Assembly (NCBI GenBank): GCA_900543505.1
Contig: UQSB01000002.1
Span: 15,663-79,662, forward strand
DNA length: 64,000 bases
Source: an uncultured Collinsella sp.
GTDB lineage: Bacteria; Actinomycetota; Coriobacteriia; Coriobacteriales; Coriobacteriaceae
Reading direction: 5' to 3'
This document shows positions 1 through 9,515 of the stretch, piece by piece (position 1 is the first letter of the stretch; each line of letters starts with the position of its first letter). A program made the translations under genes and the position numbers. A model generated the notes under the pieces. The model was not told the DNA's origin. It searched no databases and worked only from the letters and a program-made list of their open reading frames with translations.

Positions 1-51
1 GAAGGGCGCTCGCGTAACTTGCGCTCTCTCCGCCATACAACGCGTTAAGAA

Positions 52-111
52 AAGACGAGCGCTTCTTGCCAATTGAGCGGCAAGAAGTGCTCGTCTTTTG
101 CATTTGTTTTT
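52..111. terminator. Long imperfect hairpin (gacgagcgcttcttgcc / ggcaagaagtgctcgtc) followed by T-rich tract; candidate bidirectional intrinsic terminator
   Basis: Inverted repeat about 17 bp arms read directly, then ttttgcatttgttttt. Confidence 0.4.
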
Positions 112-132
112 GGGCAGGACGCCCCGCCTCCG

Positions 133-375
133 CTAGAGTCCCTGGACCGCCACACCCACGAGGTTTGGACCGGTGTGGACAAGAAGCGCGGGGCTGATGT
201 CGGAGCGGACGACCTCCACCGCGTTGGCCACGCGCTCGCACAGGGCCTGCTCCATACGGTCGTAGAGGTCGGCGTGGGCCGAGGTGCGGCTCGCGGCAAA
301 GCGCACCTTGGGGTGCTTCTCGACGATGGCGGCGATGAGCTTGACCTCGGTGCGATGCGGTGCTTGCACAGCCAT
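133..375 (-). CDS. Small hypothetical protein (80 aa); C-terminus (HTGPNLVGVA) faintly resembles the end of DegV-family proteins; could be a gene fragment
   Basis: Very strong GC third-position bias in this frame; the overlapping ORFs 45..419(-) and 73..435(+) lack it. Confidence 0.4.
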   Translation of the reverse strand: MAVQAPHRTEVKLIAAIVEKHPKVRFAASRTSAHADLYDRMEQALCERVANAVEVVRSDISPALLVHTGPNLVGVAVQGL

Positions 376-654
376 TTCGTGTGCGCGAGGCTGTTGGCTT
401 TCTGGGCCACAGCAATCACCTTCCCCCTAGTATGATGACCTGAACAATCCTCATGCTAGGGGGAAGGTTTTTGTCGCGTAGCGGAAATTGGCCTCCACCC
501 GCTGAGCGGGTGGCTTTCTATGCCGCGCGTGCCGCGCGGCACGGACTAAAGTCCATGAATAAAAACGAGGAAGGCCACGTCCGGCCTCCCTCGCAAAGGG
601 TCTCTGATTACTCCCACTCATTGGGGACAGACTTAAATGAGTGCTCTTGAAATG

Positions 655-730
655 CCGGCGCCTGGGGACGTTCTTTTTCTGTCTGCAGTTTGGAACGTTC
701 CTTTTCTGTCGGCAGTTTGGGACGGTCCTT
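655..730. repeat. About 2.5 tandem copies of a 27-bp unit GGGGACGTTCCTTTTCTGYCGRCAGTTT (copy A of a dispersed intergenic repeat family)
   Basis: Direct reading; the same unit recurs at about 49795 and 52800. Confidence 0.6.
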
Positions 731-825
731 AGAGCTGCAGCGCGCCATGAGCGACGAGGCGAAGCGGATCATCCTGTCTTTTGAGTTCTAAGCATAAGCC
801 CCTGTCTCTGAGCAATGACCGGTTC

Positions 826-955
826 GCATTTGTGCGTATTTGCGTGCGTGGGATTGCGTGAATATGCGTATAGATGCGCCGTTTACGGGACAAAAATGAC
901 CGTTTAGCGGTGAGATACGCACAAACACGCACAGACGCGCGTGTTTGTGCGAATA
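826..955. promoter_or_regulatory. Array of TGCGT(A/G) half-sites in direct and inverted orientation (ttgtgcgtatttgcgtgcgtg ... cacgcacaaacacgcacagacgcgcgtgtttgtgcg) upstream of the Gfo/Idh/MocA gene; candidate operator cluster
   Basis: At least 8 TGCGT/ACGCA pentamers in about 130 bp, including an 11-bp-arm palindrome. Confidence 0.35.
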
Positions 956-1001
956 TAGAGCTATCCGAAATGCAAGACGTTCTATGACACAGGAGGCACA
1001 T

Positions 1002-2081
1002 ATGGTAGATTCCAAGCAGGCTCCACTCGACTCCGCGGCAGCCGCAAAAGCAGCGTTCGCTTCGGTCCAGGACAAGCCATTCCCCGATGATATCTTTACG
1101 GCTCCCGAGCTTCGTTGGGCTGTGATCGGGTGCGGCGTTATCGCCAACCAGATGGCCCAGTCTCTCGCTCTTGCCGGCCGCAAGCTTGCGGGCGTCGCCA
1201 ACCGTACGCTGTCCAAGGCTCAGGCTTTTGCTGAGCAGTATGGCATCGAGAAGGTCTATGAATCGGTTGAGGACCTCTACGCCGATCCGGGCATCGACGC
1301 CGTCTATATCACCACGCCGCACAACACGCATATCACCTATCTGCGTGACGCGCTGGCCGCCGGCAAGCACGTGCTCTGCGAGAAAGCCATTGCCCTCAAT
1401 TCCGCTGAGCTCGACGAGGCGCGTGCCATCGCCGACGAGCACAACGTCGTCCTCATGGACGCCACCACGGTGCTTCATATGCCCTTGTATCAAGAGCTGC
1501 GCCGTCGCATGGATGCCGGCGAGTTTGGTCGCATGAACCTCGCCCAGCTCAACTTTGGTAGCTACAAGGAGTACGGCGATCTGACCAATCGCTTCTACAA
1601 CCGCAACCTTGCTGGCGGTGCCATGCTCGACATTGGCGTGTATGCCCTGTCCGTCATGCGTCTCTTTATGGCAAGCCAGCCCATTGAGGTCGTTTCGTTG
1701 GGCAACACCTGTGAGACCGGTGTTGACGTTGCGGGCGGCATCGTCTGCCGTAATGCCGAGCAGCAGCTGGGTGTTGTGAGCCTCACGCTCCACTCCAAGC
1801 AACCCAAGCGCTCGATTATTAGCTTCGATAAGTGCTATATCGAGGTCAACGAGTATCCGCGCGCCGATCACGCGACTATCGTGTGGACTGCGGACGGCCA
1901 CCGCGAGGAGGTCCACGCCGGCACCGAGGCTTACGCCCTTTGCTATGAGATGGCCGATCTTGAGAAGGCCGTTGCCGGCGACGACTCTAAGCGTGAGCTT
2001 CTGGGCTATGCTTCTGATGTTATGGAGCTGATGACCAAGCTACGCGCCGACTGGGGAGTCGTGTACCCCGAGGAGGAGTAA
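1002..2081 (+). CDS. Gfo/Idh/MocA family NAD(P)-dependent oxidoreductase
   Basis: N-terminal Rossmann motif AVIGCGVIAN, EKxxA motif; AGGAGG RBS 6 nt upstream of the ATG at 1002 (the ORF track starts earlier at 945). Confidence 0.8.
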   Translation: MVDSKQAPLDSAAAAKAAFASVQDKPFPDDIFTAPELRWAVIGCGVIANQMAQSLALAGRKLAGVANRTLSKAQAFAEQYGIEKVYESVEDLYADPGIDAVYITTPHNTHITYLRDALAAGKHVLCEKAIALNSAELDEARAIADEHNVVLMDATTVLHMPLYQELRRRMDAGEFGRMNLAQLNFGSYKEYGDLTNRFYNRNLAGGAMLDIGVYALSVMRLFMASQPIEVVSLGNTCETGVDVAGGIVCRNAEQQLGVVSLTLHSKQPKRSIISFDKCYIEVNEYPRADHATIVWTADGHREEVHAGTEAYALCYEMADLEKAVAGDDSKRELLGYASDVMELMTKLRADWGVVYPEEE

Positions 2082-2084
2082 GCG

Positions 2085-2831
2085 ATGCTAGCGGAAGATA
2101 GGCTCAACGCGATCGTGTCGATGGTTCAGCAGACCGGCTCGGTTACCGTGCCGGAGCTTGCCGAAGCCCTGGGCGTGACGGCGTCTACCATTCGGCGCGA
2201 CCTGCAGACGCTCGACCGAGCACACCGTATCGCCAAGGTGCACGGAGGCGCGACAAGTCTGGAGCGCGCGCACGTGACGCGCGACCTAACGCTTAATGAG
2301 CGCAGCGACCTCCATAACGACGACAAGGAGCGTATCTGCGCCCGTGCGGCGGCACTTGTGGAGCCCGAGAGCTTTGTATACATCGACTCGGGTTCGACGA
2401 CGCTCAGGCTCATCGAGCATCTTCCACACCTTGAAGATGTCACCTATGTGACCGATTCCGTGCTCCATGCTCAACGCCTTGCTTTGCGTGGCATGCGTAC
2501 CGTGGTGCTGGGTGGCGAGCTCAAACCCGAGACCGAGGCGCTCGTTGGCCCCGATGCCTTGGCAACCTTAGACCGCTACAACTTCAACTGTGGCTTTTGG
2601 GGCTCTAACGGCATTGCCGCCGAGCAGGGCTTCACGGCGCCCGATATCGAGGAGGCGCAAGTAAAGCGTATCTCGATGCGCCATACGGCCAAGCGCTTCG
2701 TAATCTCGGACGCCAGTAAATTTGGCATGGTGGCGCCCGTCAAGTTCGCGGACTTCCGTGACGCAACGATTATTACCGCAGGCGATGTCCCTGCCAAGTA
2801 CCGGGCAATGGACAACGTCATCACGGTCTAA
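2085..2831 (+). CDS. DeoR/GlpR family transcriptional regulator
   Basis: N-terminal HTH (GSVTVPELAEALGVTASTIRRDL) plus C-terminal DeoR sugar-binding-like domain. Confidence 0.8.
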   Translation: MLAEDRLNAIVSMVQQTGSVTVPELAEALGVTASTIRRDLQTLDRAHRIAKVHGGATSLERAHVTRDLTLNERSDLHNDDKERICARAAALVEPESFVYIDSGSTTLRLIEHLPHLEDVTYVTDSVLHAQRLALRGMRTVVLGGELKPETEALVGPDALATLDRYNFNCGFWGSNGIAAEQGFTAPDIEEAQVKRISMRHTAKRFVISDASKFGMVAPVKFADFRDATIITAGDVPAKYRAMDNVITV

Positions 2832-2899
2832 CAGCAAGGGACGGGCTAAGGCCAAAACCACCGCGAAGGGGCAGGAACCTTTGTGGTGGTTTTGACGTT

Positions 2900-2960
2900 T
2901 GTCCAGATAAAACCTGCCAAAATAAACCTGTCCCTTTTTGGCAGGTTTTAGGGCTCCCAG
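2900..2960. repeat. Hairpin-containing intergenic element AGATAAAACCTGCCAAAATAAACCTGTCCCTTTTTGGCAGGTT; near-identical copy at about 63330-63380
   Basis: Direct comparison of the two loci; stem ctgccaaaa/ttttggcag. Confidence 0.55.
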
Positions 2961-3607
2961 GGGCAGGGGGCTTCGATGTGGATGTGCTCGCCGGTTACGG
3001 GATGCGTAAAGGACACGCTGTGGGCATGGAGCATCAGGCCGTAGGGACGCGGCGTTCCGTACAGGTCATCGCCCACCAGGGGATGGCGCTCGCTGGCCAG
3101 ATGTACGCGGATCTGGTGCTTGCGGCCGGTGAGCAACTCGACATCGATATACGAGCGCGTGGGCAGGCCACGACGGCTCTTAAGACGTTTGAGCACCTTC
3201 ACGCGCGTTTGAGACGGCTTGCCGCTGGCGCCGACGCGCATCTTGCGGCTGTCGTGACGGTCGCGGGCGATGGGCTTGTCGATGAGCTTTTCGTTCCAGT
3301 CGATCTTGCCCTCGGCGAGCGCCAGGTAGTGCTTTTCGAACGCGTGGTCGATGATCATCTGGTCAAAGGCGGGCTGCGTCTGCTTGTCGAGTGAGAGCAG
3401 CACCACGCCGGTGGTGTCACGGTCCAGGCGATTGAGCGGCTGCATGTCGGTCGCGGCAAAGCCGTCGCCCATCGCCAGCAGCAGGTCGCTGGCGTAGTCG
3501 GTAAGTGTGCGCTCGCCGGTGCCGTCACCGTGGACGATCATGCCGGCGGGCTTGTCGATGGCCATGAGCCAGGCGTCGCAGTAGAGGACTTGAGGTTCTT
3601 CGTTCAC
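2948..3607 (-). CDS. RluA-family pseudouridine synthase
   Basis: Catalytic motif HRLDRDTTGVVLL and KHQIRVHL motif. Confidence 0.85.
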   Translation of the reverse strand: MNEEPQVLYCDAWLMAIDKPAGMIVHGDGTGERTLTDYASDLLLAMGDGFAATDMQPLNRLDRDTTGVVLLSLDKQTQPAFDQMIIDHAFEKHYLALAEGKIDWNEKLIDKPIARDRHDSRKMRVGASGKPSQTRVKVLKRLKSRRGLPTRSYIDVELLTGRKHQIRVHLASERHPLVGDDLYGTPRPYGLMLHAHSVSFTHPVTGEHIHIEAPCPWEP

Positions 3608-3622
3608 GTGTAAGCCTTTCGG

Positions 3623-6118
3623 TTAGCTAATTCCCACAAACATGCAGCCCGAGGTCGCCCCGCGTAGGCGGGCGGCGGGCTTGCGGCCGGCCTGCGCTGC
3701 TTCGACGGCGCGACGGACGCGGGCGACGGCACGGCCCACCTCATCCGTCTCGAGCAGCGTTCCGTCCACCATGAGACGACGCACGCCGGCATCGAGCAGC
3801 TGAGGAACCTGCGGCGTGAGGTCGATGGGGTAGGCATCGTACAGGCGAGAGCGGCCGTGGATATTGGTGCGGACGGGCATGACCTTTCCGTCGATATTCT
3901 TGAGAGAGAGCTTGCGGGCACGCAGACGGCAGTTGGCACAATCGTGGATGCAGCCGTTGGCAACCTGCAGAATGCAATGCTCGCTTGTCATGACGCGCGG
4001 GCGGCCAAAGACGGTGATGCCCAGAGCCGCGGGCGCGGCGGCGCCGAGCGAGACAATCTCGTCGAGCGTGATCTCGGGCGAGAGCCAAAACGCGCCGGCT
4101 CCGCGTTCGGCGAGTGCCTCCATGCAGGGCGTGTTGTGCACCGGCAGGCAAGAGCGAATCTCGGCCGTGGCGCCAACCTGGGCGGCCAGGGCAAGCTCAG
4201 AGATGTTGCCAATAGCGACCGTGGCGCCAGCAACAACCCATGGGTCAACGCGGACGTGGTCAACGGCGCGGCAGACCTCATCGAGCACGGGTACGATGCC
4301 CTGCTCAAACGTATCGGCGGGGGAGAGCTTGGCCGCATCGAGCGCGTCGGTGGTCATGTAGATGCGCGTTGCACCCTCCGCGCGAGCGGCCTCGGCGGCC
4401 TCGAGCGAGGTGACGGTAGCGCAGATCTGCGGCTCATCGCGGTAGTGCTCGGGCGCGGGGCGGGAATCATTGGTGACAGTCGCCGGTAGCTCGAGCGTGC
4501 GGGCGCGCTCCGCGTACGGCGCCAGAATGGCCTCTTCCAGCGCCTTGCAAGCGGCGGCGCGCACCTTATGTACGGCGGAGAAACCCATGCCACAGCCCTC
4601 ATCGAGCGCCACCTCAAAGCTCGCAGCCTCAAAGGGAGAGGAACCCATGCGGCCGACGTGCTCAACCAGATCGGACGCCTCGACCGCACGGGTCTTGGCG
4701 GCTTCGACGGTAAAGCCCGTGGCCGTGGCCGTAAGCGAAGGGTCGTCGCAGCAGGTGAGCGTAACGGTAAACGGCTCGCCCAGACGCGCCACGACGGACA
4801 CATCAACAGCTCGGCGGCGCAGCACATCGCGCTTGAGCGCGGCGCCGGCGGCGTCGATGGCACGCTGACTGCGAATCACGCGGACGCGGCAGCCCTCGGG
4901 CATGCTGCGGGGTACGCGACATTCGATGACTTCACCGGCTGCGGCATCATCGGCGGCAATGGTGGTCAGGAACTGGTCAAACTCGTTATCGTGGCGAAGC
5001 TCCAGCAGGTCGCCCTTGCCCACGGGCTCAAACAGCTCAATACGGGCGATGGCGGCGCGGCGACGGCGGTCGTCGGGCTTGAGGCCGCGCACATCGCGGT
5101 TGGCCGGGCGGCTGCCCAGCACCGTGCCCACGATCTGGCCGCGGTTGTTGGAACGCTCATAGCTCATCATCTCGTCGCCCGAGGTGCCGTCCTGATAGGC
5201 GTGCGTAAAGTCGCGGTTAAAGCAGCGCTTGAGCTGGCGCTGGCGGGCGTCTTTCTCGTCCTTGGCAACGGTGGTTCCGGCCAGCATGTCATCAATCTGA
5301 TGACGATACACGTCGACGATGGAATACACGTAATCGGGCGCCTTCATGCGGCCCTCGAGCTTGAGCGACGCGGCGCCGGCGTCATACAGGCGGCGAACAA
5401 GTTGTGAAGTGTTGGTGTCACGCGGGCACAGCGCGCGCTCGCGACCGGCAGGGGAGAGCGAGCGACCGTTCTCGTCGATCAGCTCGTAGGGCAAGCGGCA
5501 GGGCTGGGCGCACATGCCACGGTTGGCCGATCGTCCCGCCATGGCAAAGCTCGAAAGCAGACACAGGCCAGAGTAGCAAAAGCAGATGGCGCCATGGCTA
5601 AAGACCTCAAGGTCCACATCGGGCGCGGCATCGTGAATGGCGGCAATCTCGTCGATGGAAAGCTCGCGCGAGAGGGTCACGCGGTCGGCGCCCTGCTCGC
5701 GGCACCAAAGGGTTCCGCGGTCGTCGTGGATGTTCGCCTGGGTCGAGATATGCGTCTCGATGCCGGGCATCGTGCGCTTGACCTCAAAGAACAGGCCCCA
5801 GTCCTGGATGATGAAGGCGTCGGCGCCCAGCGTGGAGCAGCGATGGATGAGCTGCAGCGCATCGCTCATCTCGGATTCCTTGATGACGATGTTGACCGTG
5901 ACGTAGACGCGCGAGCCGGCCAGATGCGCGGCGCGGCAGGCCTGCTCAAAGGCCTCGTCGGTAAAGTTGGTGGCCTTGCGGCGTGCGTTGAAGCTGCCCA
6001 TGCCGCAGTAGATGGCGTCTGCCCCGGCGGCGAGCGCGGCGGCAAAGGGCTCCGGGCCTCCGGCGGGGGCCAAGAGTTCGGGTCTGCGGTTGGTGGTTCG
6101 ACTGGCGGTTGCGGTCAT
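3623..6118 (-). CDS. Peptidase U32 family protein (large, YegQ/YhbU-like with C-terminal extension)
   Basis: N-terminal ELLAPAGG...GADAIY...TQANI U32 signature; paralog at 46446..48422. Confidence 0.8.
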   Translation of the reverse strand: MTATASRTTNRRPELLAPAGGPEPFAAALAAGADAIYCGMGSFNARRKATNFTDEAFEQACRAAHLAGSRVYVTVNIVIKESEMSDALQLIHRCSTLGADAFIIQDWGLFFEVKRTMPGIETHISTQANIHDDRGTLWCREQGADRVTLSRELSIDEIAAIHDAAPDVDLEVFSHGAICFCYSGLCLLSSFAMAGRSANRGMCAQPCRLPYELIDENGRSLSPAGRERALCPRDTNTSQLVRRLYDAGAASLKLEGRMKAPDYVYSIVDVYRHQIDDMLAGTTVAKDEKDARQRQLKRCFNRDFTHAYQDGTSGDEMMSYERSNNRGQIVGTVLGSRPANRDVRGLKPDDRRRRAAIARIELFEPVGKGDLLELRHDNEFDQFLTTIAADDAAAGEVIECRVPRSMPEGCRVRVIRSQRAIDAAGAALKRDVLRRRAVDVSVVARLGEPFTVTLTCCDDPSLTATATGFTVEAAKTRAVEASDLVEHVGRMGSSPFEAASFEVALDEGCGMGFSAVHKVRAAACKALEEAILAPYAERARTLELPATVTNDSRPAPEHYRDEPQICATVTSLEAAEAARAEGATRIYMTTDALDAAKLSPADTFEQGIVPVLDEVCRAVDHVRVDPWVVAGATVAIGNISELALAAQVGATAEIRSCLPVHNTPCMEALAERGAGAFWLSPEITLDEIVSLGAAAPAALGITVFGRPRVMTSEHCILQVANGCIHDCANCRLRARKLSLKNIDGKVMPVRTNIHGRSRLYDAYPIDLTPQVPQLLDAGVRRLMVDGTLLETDEVGRAVARVRRAVEAAQAGRKPAARLRGATSGCMFVGIS

Positions 6119-6416
6119 ATCCTGCCTTTCAAAATGCTCAGATACTCAAAAGTATAGTGGTGCCGTCGCGGCAGGCGATGCCCGTGCTCTAAGCGGGATA
6201 AAGTCTTCAGCAGCTTGGACTGGCTGCTTCACATGAGAACCGTTCAGCGGTCCGGGGAAACCGTTGGGCGATAAAATATTCTCGCAACGTGATAATAATC
6301 TTGCATCGCGCGGAAACCTTGAGTACTATCCCAATCAAGCGCGGTGTTCAGACCGAACTGTGCCTCCCGGTGTGAACGCCGCGCTCCCGTTCCCTTTTAC
6401 TTGTAAGGAGAAAAAC

Positions 6417-6794
6417 ATGAGCAAGACCGTCGTGTCTTCCGATAACGCACCCGCAGCCATCGGCCCGTATTCCCCCGGTATCCAGACTGGCAACATGGTG
6501 TTTCTGTCCGGCCAGCTGGGCATCGATCCCGCGACCGGCAAGCTGCCCGAGGGTGTCGAGGCCCAGGCTAAGCAGTCCCTTGCTAATGTCGAGGCCCTGC
6601 TGACCGCTGCCGGCGCCACCTTTGCCGATGTCGTCAAGACCACAGTCTACCTGGCTGACATTGCCGACTTCGCTGCCGTAAACGAGATCTACGCCTCCAA
6701 GTTCGAGGCCCCGTTCCCCGCGCGCAGCGCTTTCCAGGTTGCCGCTCTTCCGGCTGGCGGTCTGGTCGAGATCGAGGTTGTCGCCGCTCTCTAA
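6417..6794 (+). CDS. ridA: RidA family reactive-intermediate (enamine/imine) deaminase
   Basis: YjgF/RidA-like sequence (AIGPYSPG ... VEIEVVA); AAGGAG RBS before the ATG at 6417. Confidence 0.8.
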   Translation: MSKTVVSSDNAPAAIGPYSPGIQTGNMVFLSGQLGIDPATGKLPEGVEAQAKQSLANVEALLTAAGATFADVVKTTVYLADIADFAAVNEIYASKFEAPFPARSAFQVAALPAGGLVEIEVVAAL

Positions 6795-6822
6795 GGTGTT
6801 GGTAACAACTAAACATGACATG

Positions 6823-6866
6823 CAAAAAGACCCTGCAGCGCGTGCGAGCTGCAGGGTCTTTTGTCA
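6823..6866. terminator. Bidirectional intrinsic terminator between ridA(+) and the yheO-like gene(-)
   Basis: aaaaagaccctgcagc gcgtgcga gctgcagggtcttttgtc: A-run, 12-bp stem, T-run. Confidence 0.6.
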
Positions 6867-6916
6867 AGCGATGCGACAAAAATGATCCGTTTCCCTTCGT
6901 CCCCAAGGGATCACGT

Positions 6917-7624
6917 TTAGCCCTCCTTGCGAACTTTTTGCAGGTAGCGGTAGACGCTGGGCTCCGAGATGCCCAGCGCGGTGGCGGCGCAGGCCACGGC
7001 GCCCTTGAGCATAAACACGCCGTTGCCGTTGAGGTGGCGAATGACGTCCACGCGGTCGCTCTGGCCAAGCGACGCTACATCCAGCCCGCGCGCGCTCAGC
7101 AACTCGGCAATGCTGCGGTCGATGAGCTCCTGTGTGGACTCCGAAAGGCTTTCGACCTCGATAGGGGCGGGCTCCGTGCGCGTCGGCGCCGCGTCGAAGC
7201 AGGCCATGAGCTGCTGTGCCATGGCGTTGATGGAGCGCACGGTCGAGAGATCGGTGTTGACGCAGAGCATGCCGACGATCTCTTTATCCTCGCGGATAAA
7301 GAACGTCGCGGACTCCAACGTCTTGCCGCCGGCACCGCGCCCCTCATAGCCCGTAATAAACGGCAGGTCGCGATACTTTGGGTCGTGCATGATCTTGAGC
7401 GCCAGATCGGTGGCGGGACCGCCGACTTTACGGCCGCTCACGATGCCGTTGCGAATATCGACGATGGCGTGGTCGGGATCCGAGAAATCGTGCAGGACGA
7501 TCTCGCTGTTCTTACCGAGTATCTGCTCCAGGAAATCGACCATCGGCAAAAAGCGACGTACGGTCTCGTTCACGGGCAACTCCTTGGGATGAAATCGGAA
7601 ATGTTCATAACAATTTTTTCTCAT
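6917..7624 (-). CDS. YheO-like PAS-domain plus HTH transcriptional regulator (copy 1)
   Basis: Paralog of 21185..21838; YheO-type motifs (IVLHDFSDPDHAIVDIRNGIVSGRKVG, C-terminal HTH); start taken at MRKN. Confidence 0.65.
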   Translation of the reverse strand: MRKNCYEHFRFHPKELPVNETVRRFLPMVDFLEQILGKNSEIVLHDFSDPDHAIVDIRNGIVSGRKVGGPATDLALKIMHDPKYRDLPFITGYEGRGAGGKTLESATFFIREDKEIVGMLCVNTDLSTVRSINAMAQQLMACFDAAPTRTEPAPIEVESLSESTQELIDRSIAELLSARGLDVASLGQSDRVDVIRHLNGNGVFMLKGAVACAATALGISEPSVYRYLQKVRKEG

Positions 7625-7925
7625 GGTAACACGGTGTCTATTGACTCGCATATTCGCAGGTACATTGCGTAATACGGACGAGCGGTAGGAATTTGGCGGT
7701 AAACGGTCGACCAAAAGAAAAGTTAGATGTTATTTTGACAAGACACTTTCCTGACCTGCGGAAATGCATAATCCCAGCTCAAGAACAGTCTGATAACAAA
7801 AAATTATTATTGAGAATGAGAAAAATCTTTAATACGATATGCAACGAAGGCACAACCTCACCCCCGCACTGCGTCACAATAGAGCGTTAGATGCGAAAAC
7901 AACTACTTCGAGGATTGGTGGTCAA

Positions 7926-9320
7926 ATGGCCCAGGAGACGGTTACGAACGGCACTGAAGCCCTGTTCACTCGCGAAGGCATGCCGCCCGTTAAGGAAATG
8001 ATCCCGTGTGCCCTTCAGCACGTACTGGCATCGTTTGCCGGTATCATCACCCCGGCTGTCATCATGGCCGGCGTCTACGGCTTTAATAGCCAGCAGAGCA
8101 CCGACATCATTCAGGTTGCGCTCATTCTTTCGGCGATCGACACGGCCCTTCAGGCCTTCGCTCCCTTCCGCCGCATCGGCGGCGGCCTGCCCATCGTCAT
8201 GGGCGTCTCGTTCGCGTTCCTGCCGGCCCTGCAGGCCATGGGTGCCTCGGGCTTTAGCTTTGGTGCGCTGCTGGGCGGCGAGATTGTCGGCGGTGCCGTC
8301 GCGGTCCTCTTTGGTCTGGCCTACAGCAAGATTAAGTGGCTGTTCCCGCCCGTCGTGACCGGTACGGTCATCTTCTCCATTGGCGTCTCTCTCTATCCCA
8401 CGGCCGTCAAGTACATGGCCGGCGGTATGGGTACGCCGCTGTGGGGCACTCCGCAGGCCTGGTGCGTCGCTCTTATCACCTTCGCCGTGGTCTTTGCGCT
8501 CGCCAACTTTGGCAAGGGCACGCTCAAGCTGGGATCCGTGTTCTTTGGCATGATCGTTGGCATGATCGTTTCGATCCCCTTTGGCATGATCGACTTCTCC
8601 AGCGTCGCCACCGCTCAGGTCTTCGCCCTTCCCAAGCTCATGCCCTACGCGCTCGAGTTTGACCCCGAGGTCTGCATCACCCTCGCCGTCGTGTTCCCCA
8701 TGGTTGCCATCCAGGTTATCGGCGACGTCTCCGCCGCCTGCCTGGGCTCCATCGACCGTATGCCCACCGAGCGCGAGCTCTCCGGCGCTATCGTGTCCCA
8801 GGGCCTCACCTCTATGGTCGGCGGCCTGCTGGGCGGTCTTCCCACCAGCGCCCTTGGCCAGAACGTGGGCATCATCTGCTCCAACAAGGTCGTCAACAAG
8901 TGGGTCTTTGTGATCATTGCGGCCGTCTTTGCCATCGCCGGTCTGTTCCCGCAGCTCTCTGCCGTCCTTTCCGCTATCCCGCAGCCCGTCATCGGCGGTG
9001 CTACCGTGGGCGTGTTTGGCACCATCACCATGAACGGCGTGCGCATGTTCACCCGCGAGGGCCTCACGCAGCGCACTACCACCATCGTCGGTACCTCCGT
9101 CGTCTTTGGCCTGGGTATCTGGATGGCCAGCGGTTGCCTTGCCGGCGAGGGTATGCCCGCCTGGGTGTCCACCGTCATCGGCTCCAATGCCGTAACCCCC
9201 ACCGCCATCATGGCCATCGTCCTTAACCTGATTCTTCCGCAGACGCCGGTCGTGGCTCAGCACATCGATGCTGCCAAGGACGCTGCCGTGGATCTGGTCT
9301 TGCCCGAGAGCAAGAAGTAG
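7926..9320 (+). CDS. NCS2 family nucleobase permease (xanthine/uric acid permease-like)
   Basis: NCS2 motifs and multiple TM helices; start at MAQET with an upstream GAGG; first gene of the ssnA-ygfK-fdx-xdhD operon. Confidence 0.8.
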   Translation: MAQETVTNGTEALFTREGMPPVKEMIPCALQHVLASFAGIITPAVIMAGVYGFNSQQSTDIIQVALILSAIDTALQAFAPFRRIGGGLPIVMGVSFAFLPALQAMGASGFSFGALLGGEIVGGAVAVLFGLAYSKIKWLFPPVVTGTVIFSIGVSLYPTAVKYMAGGMGTPLWGTPQAWCVALITFAVVFALANFGKGTLKLGSVFFGMIVGMIVSIPFGMIDFSSVATAQVFALPKLMPYALEFDPEVCITLAVVFPMVAIQVIGDVSAACLGSIDRMPTERELSGAIVSQGLTSMVGGLLGGLPTSALGQNVGIICSNKVVNKWVFVIIAAVFAIAGLFPQLSAVLSAIPQPVIGGATVGVFGTITMNGVRMFTREGLTQRTTTIVGTSVVFGLGIWMASGCLAGEGMPAWVSTVIGSNAVTPTAIMAIVLNLILPQTPVVAQHIDAAKDAAVDLVLPESKK

Positions 9321-9515
9321 CCAATTCGGTGCTATTCGTCGGCGGGCGCATCGCCTCGTCCGCCGACGTCATGCGGCGCCAAGCCGCACTTCAAAGGGTT
9401 TGTCCCTTTGGTGAAGCGTTGACGGGAGAGGGCCCGTTTCCGGTGTAGGCCGGCGCTTCGCACTCCGCCATGTCAGAGGTGTCAAACCCCGCCCCTGATG
9501 TTGAAGGGAGCATCC

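Noticed and set aside
729-1916. 395-aa ORF on the minus strand
   Set aside because: Antisense to the well-supported Gfo/Idh/MocA gene; high-GC genomes generate long antisense ORFs; no RBS or homology.
7625-7925. Purine riboswitch upstream of the NCS2 permease
   Set aside because: Long AT-rich leader, but the conserved UAUA...GGGA...UGGCCC...CCGUAAAU-type core could not be found by eye.
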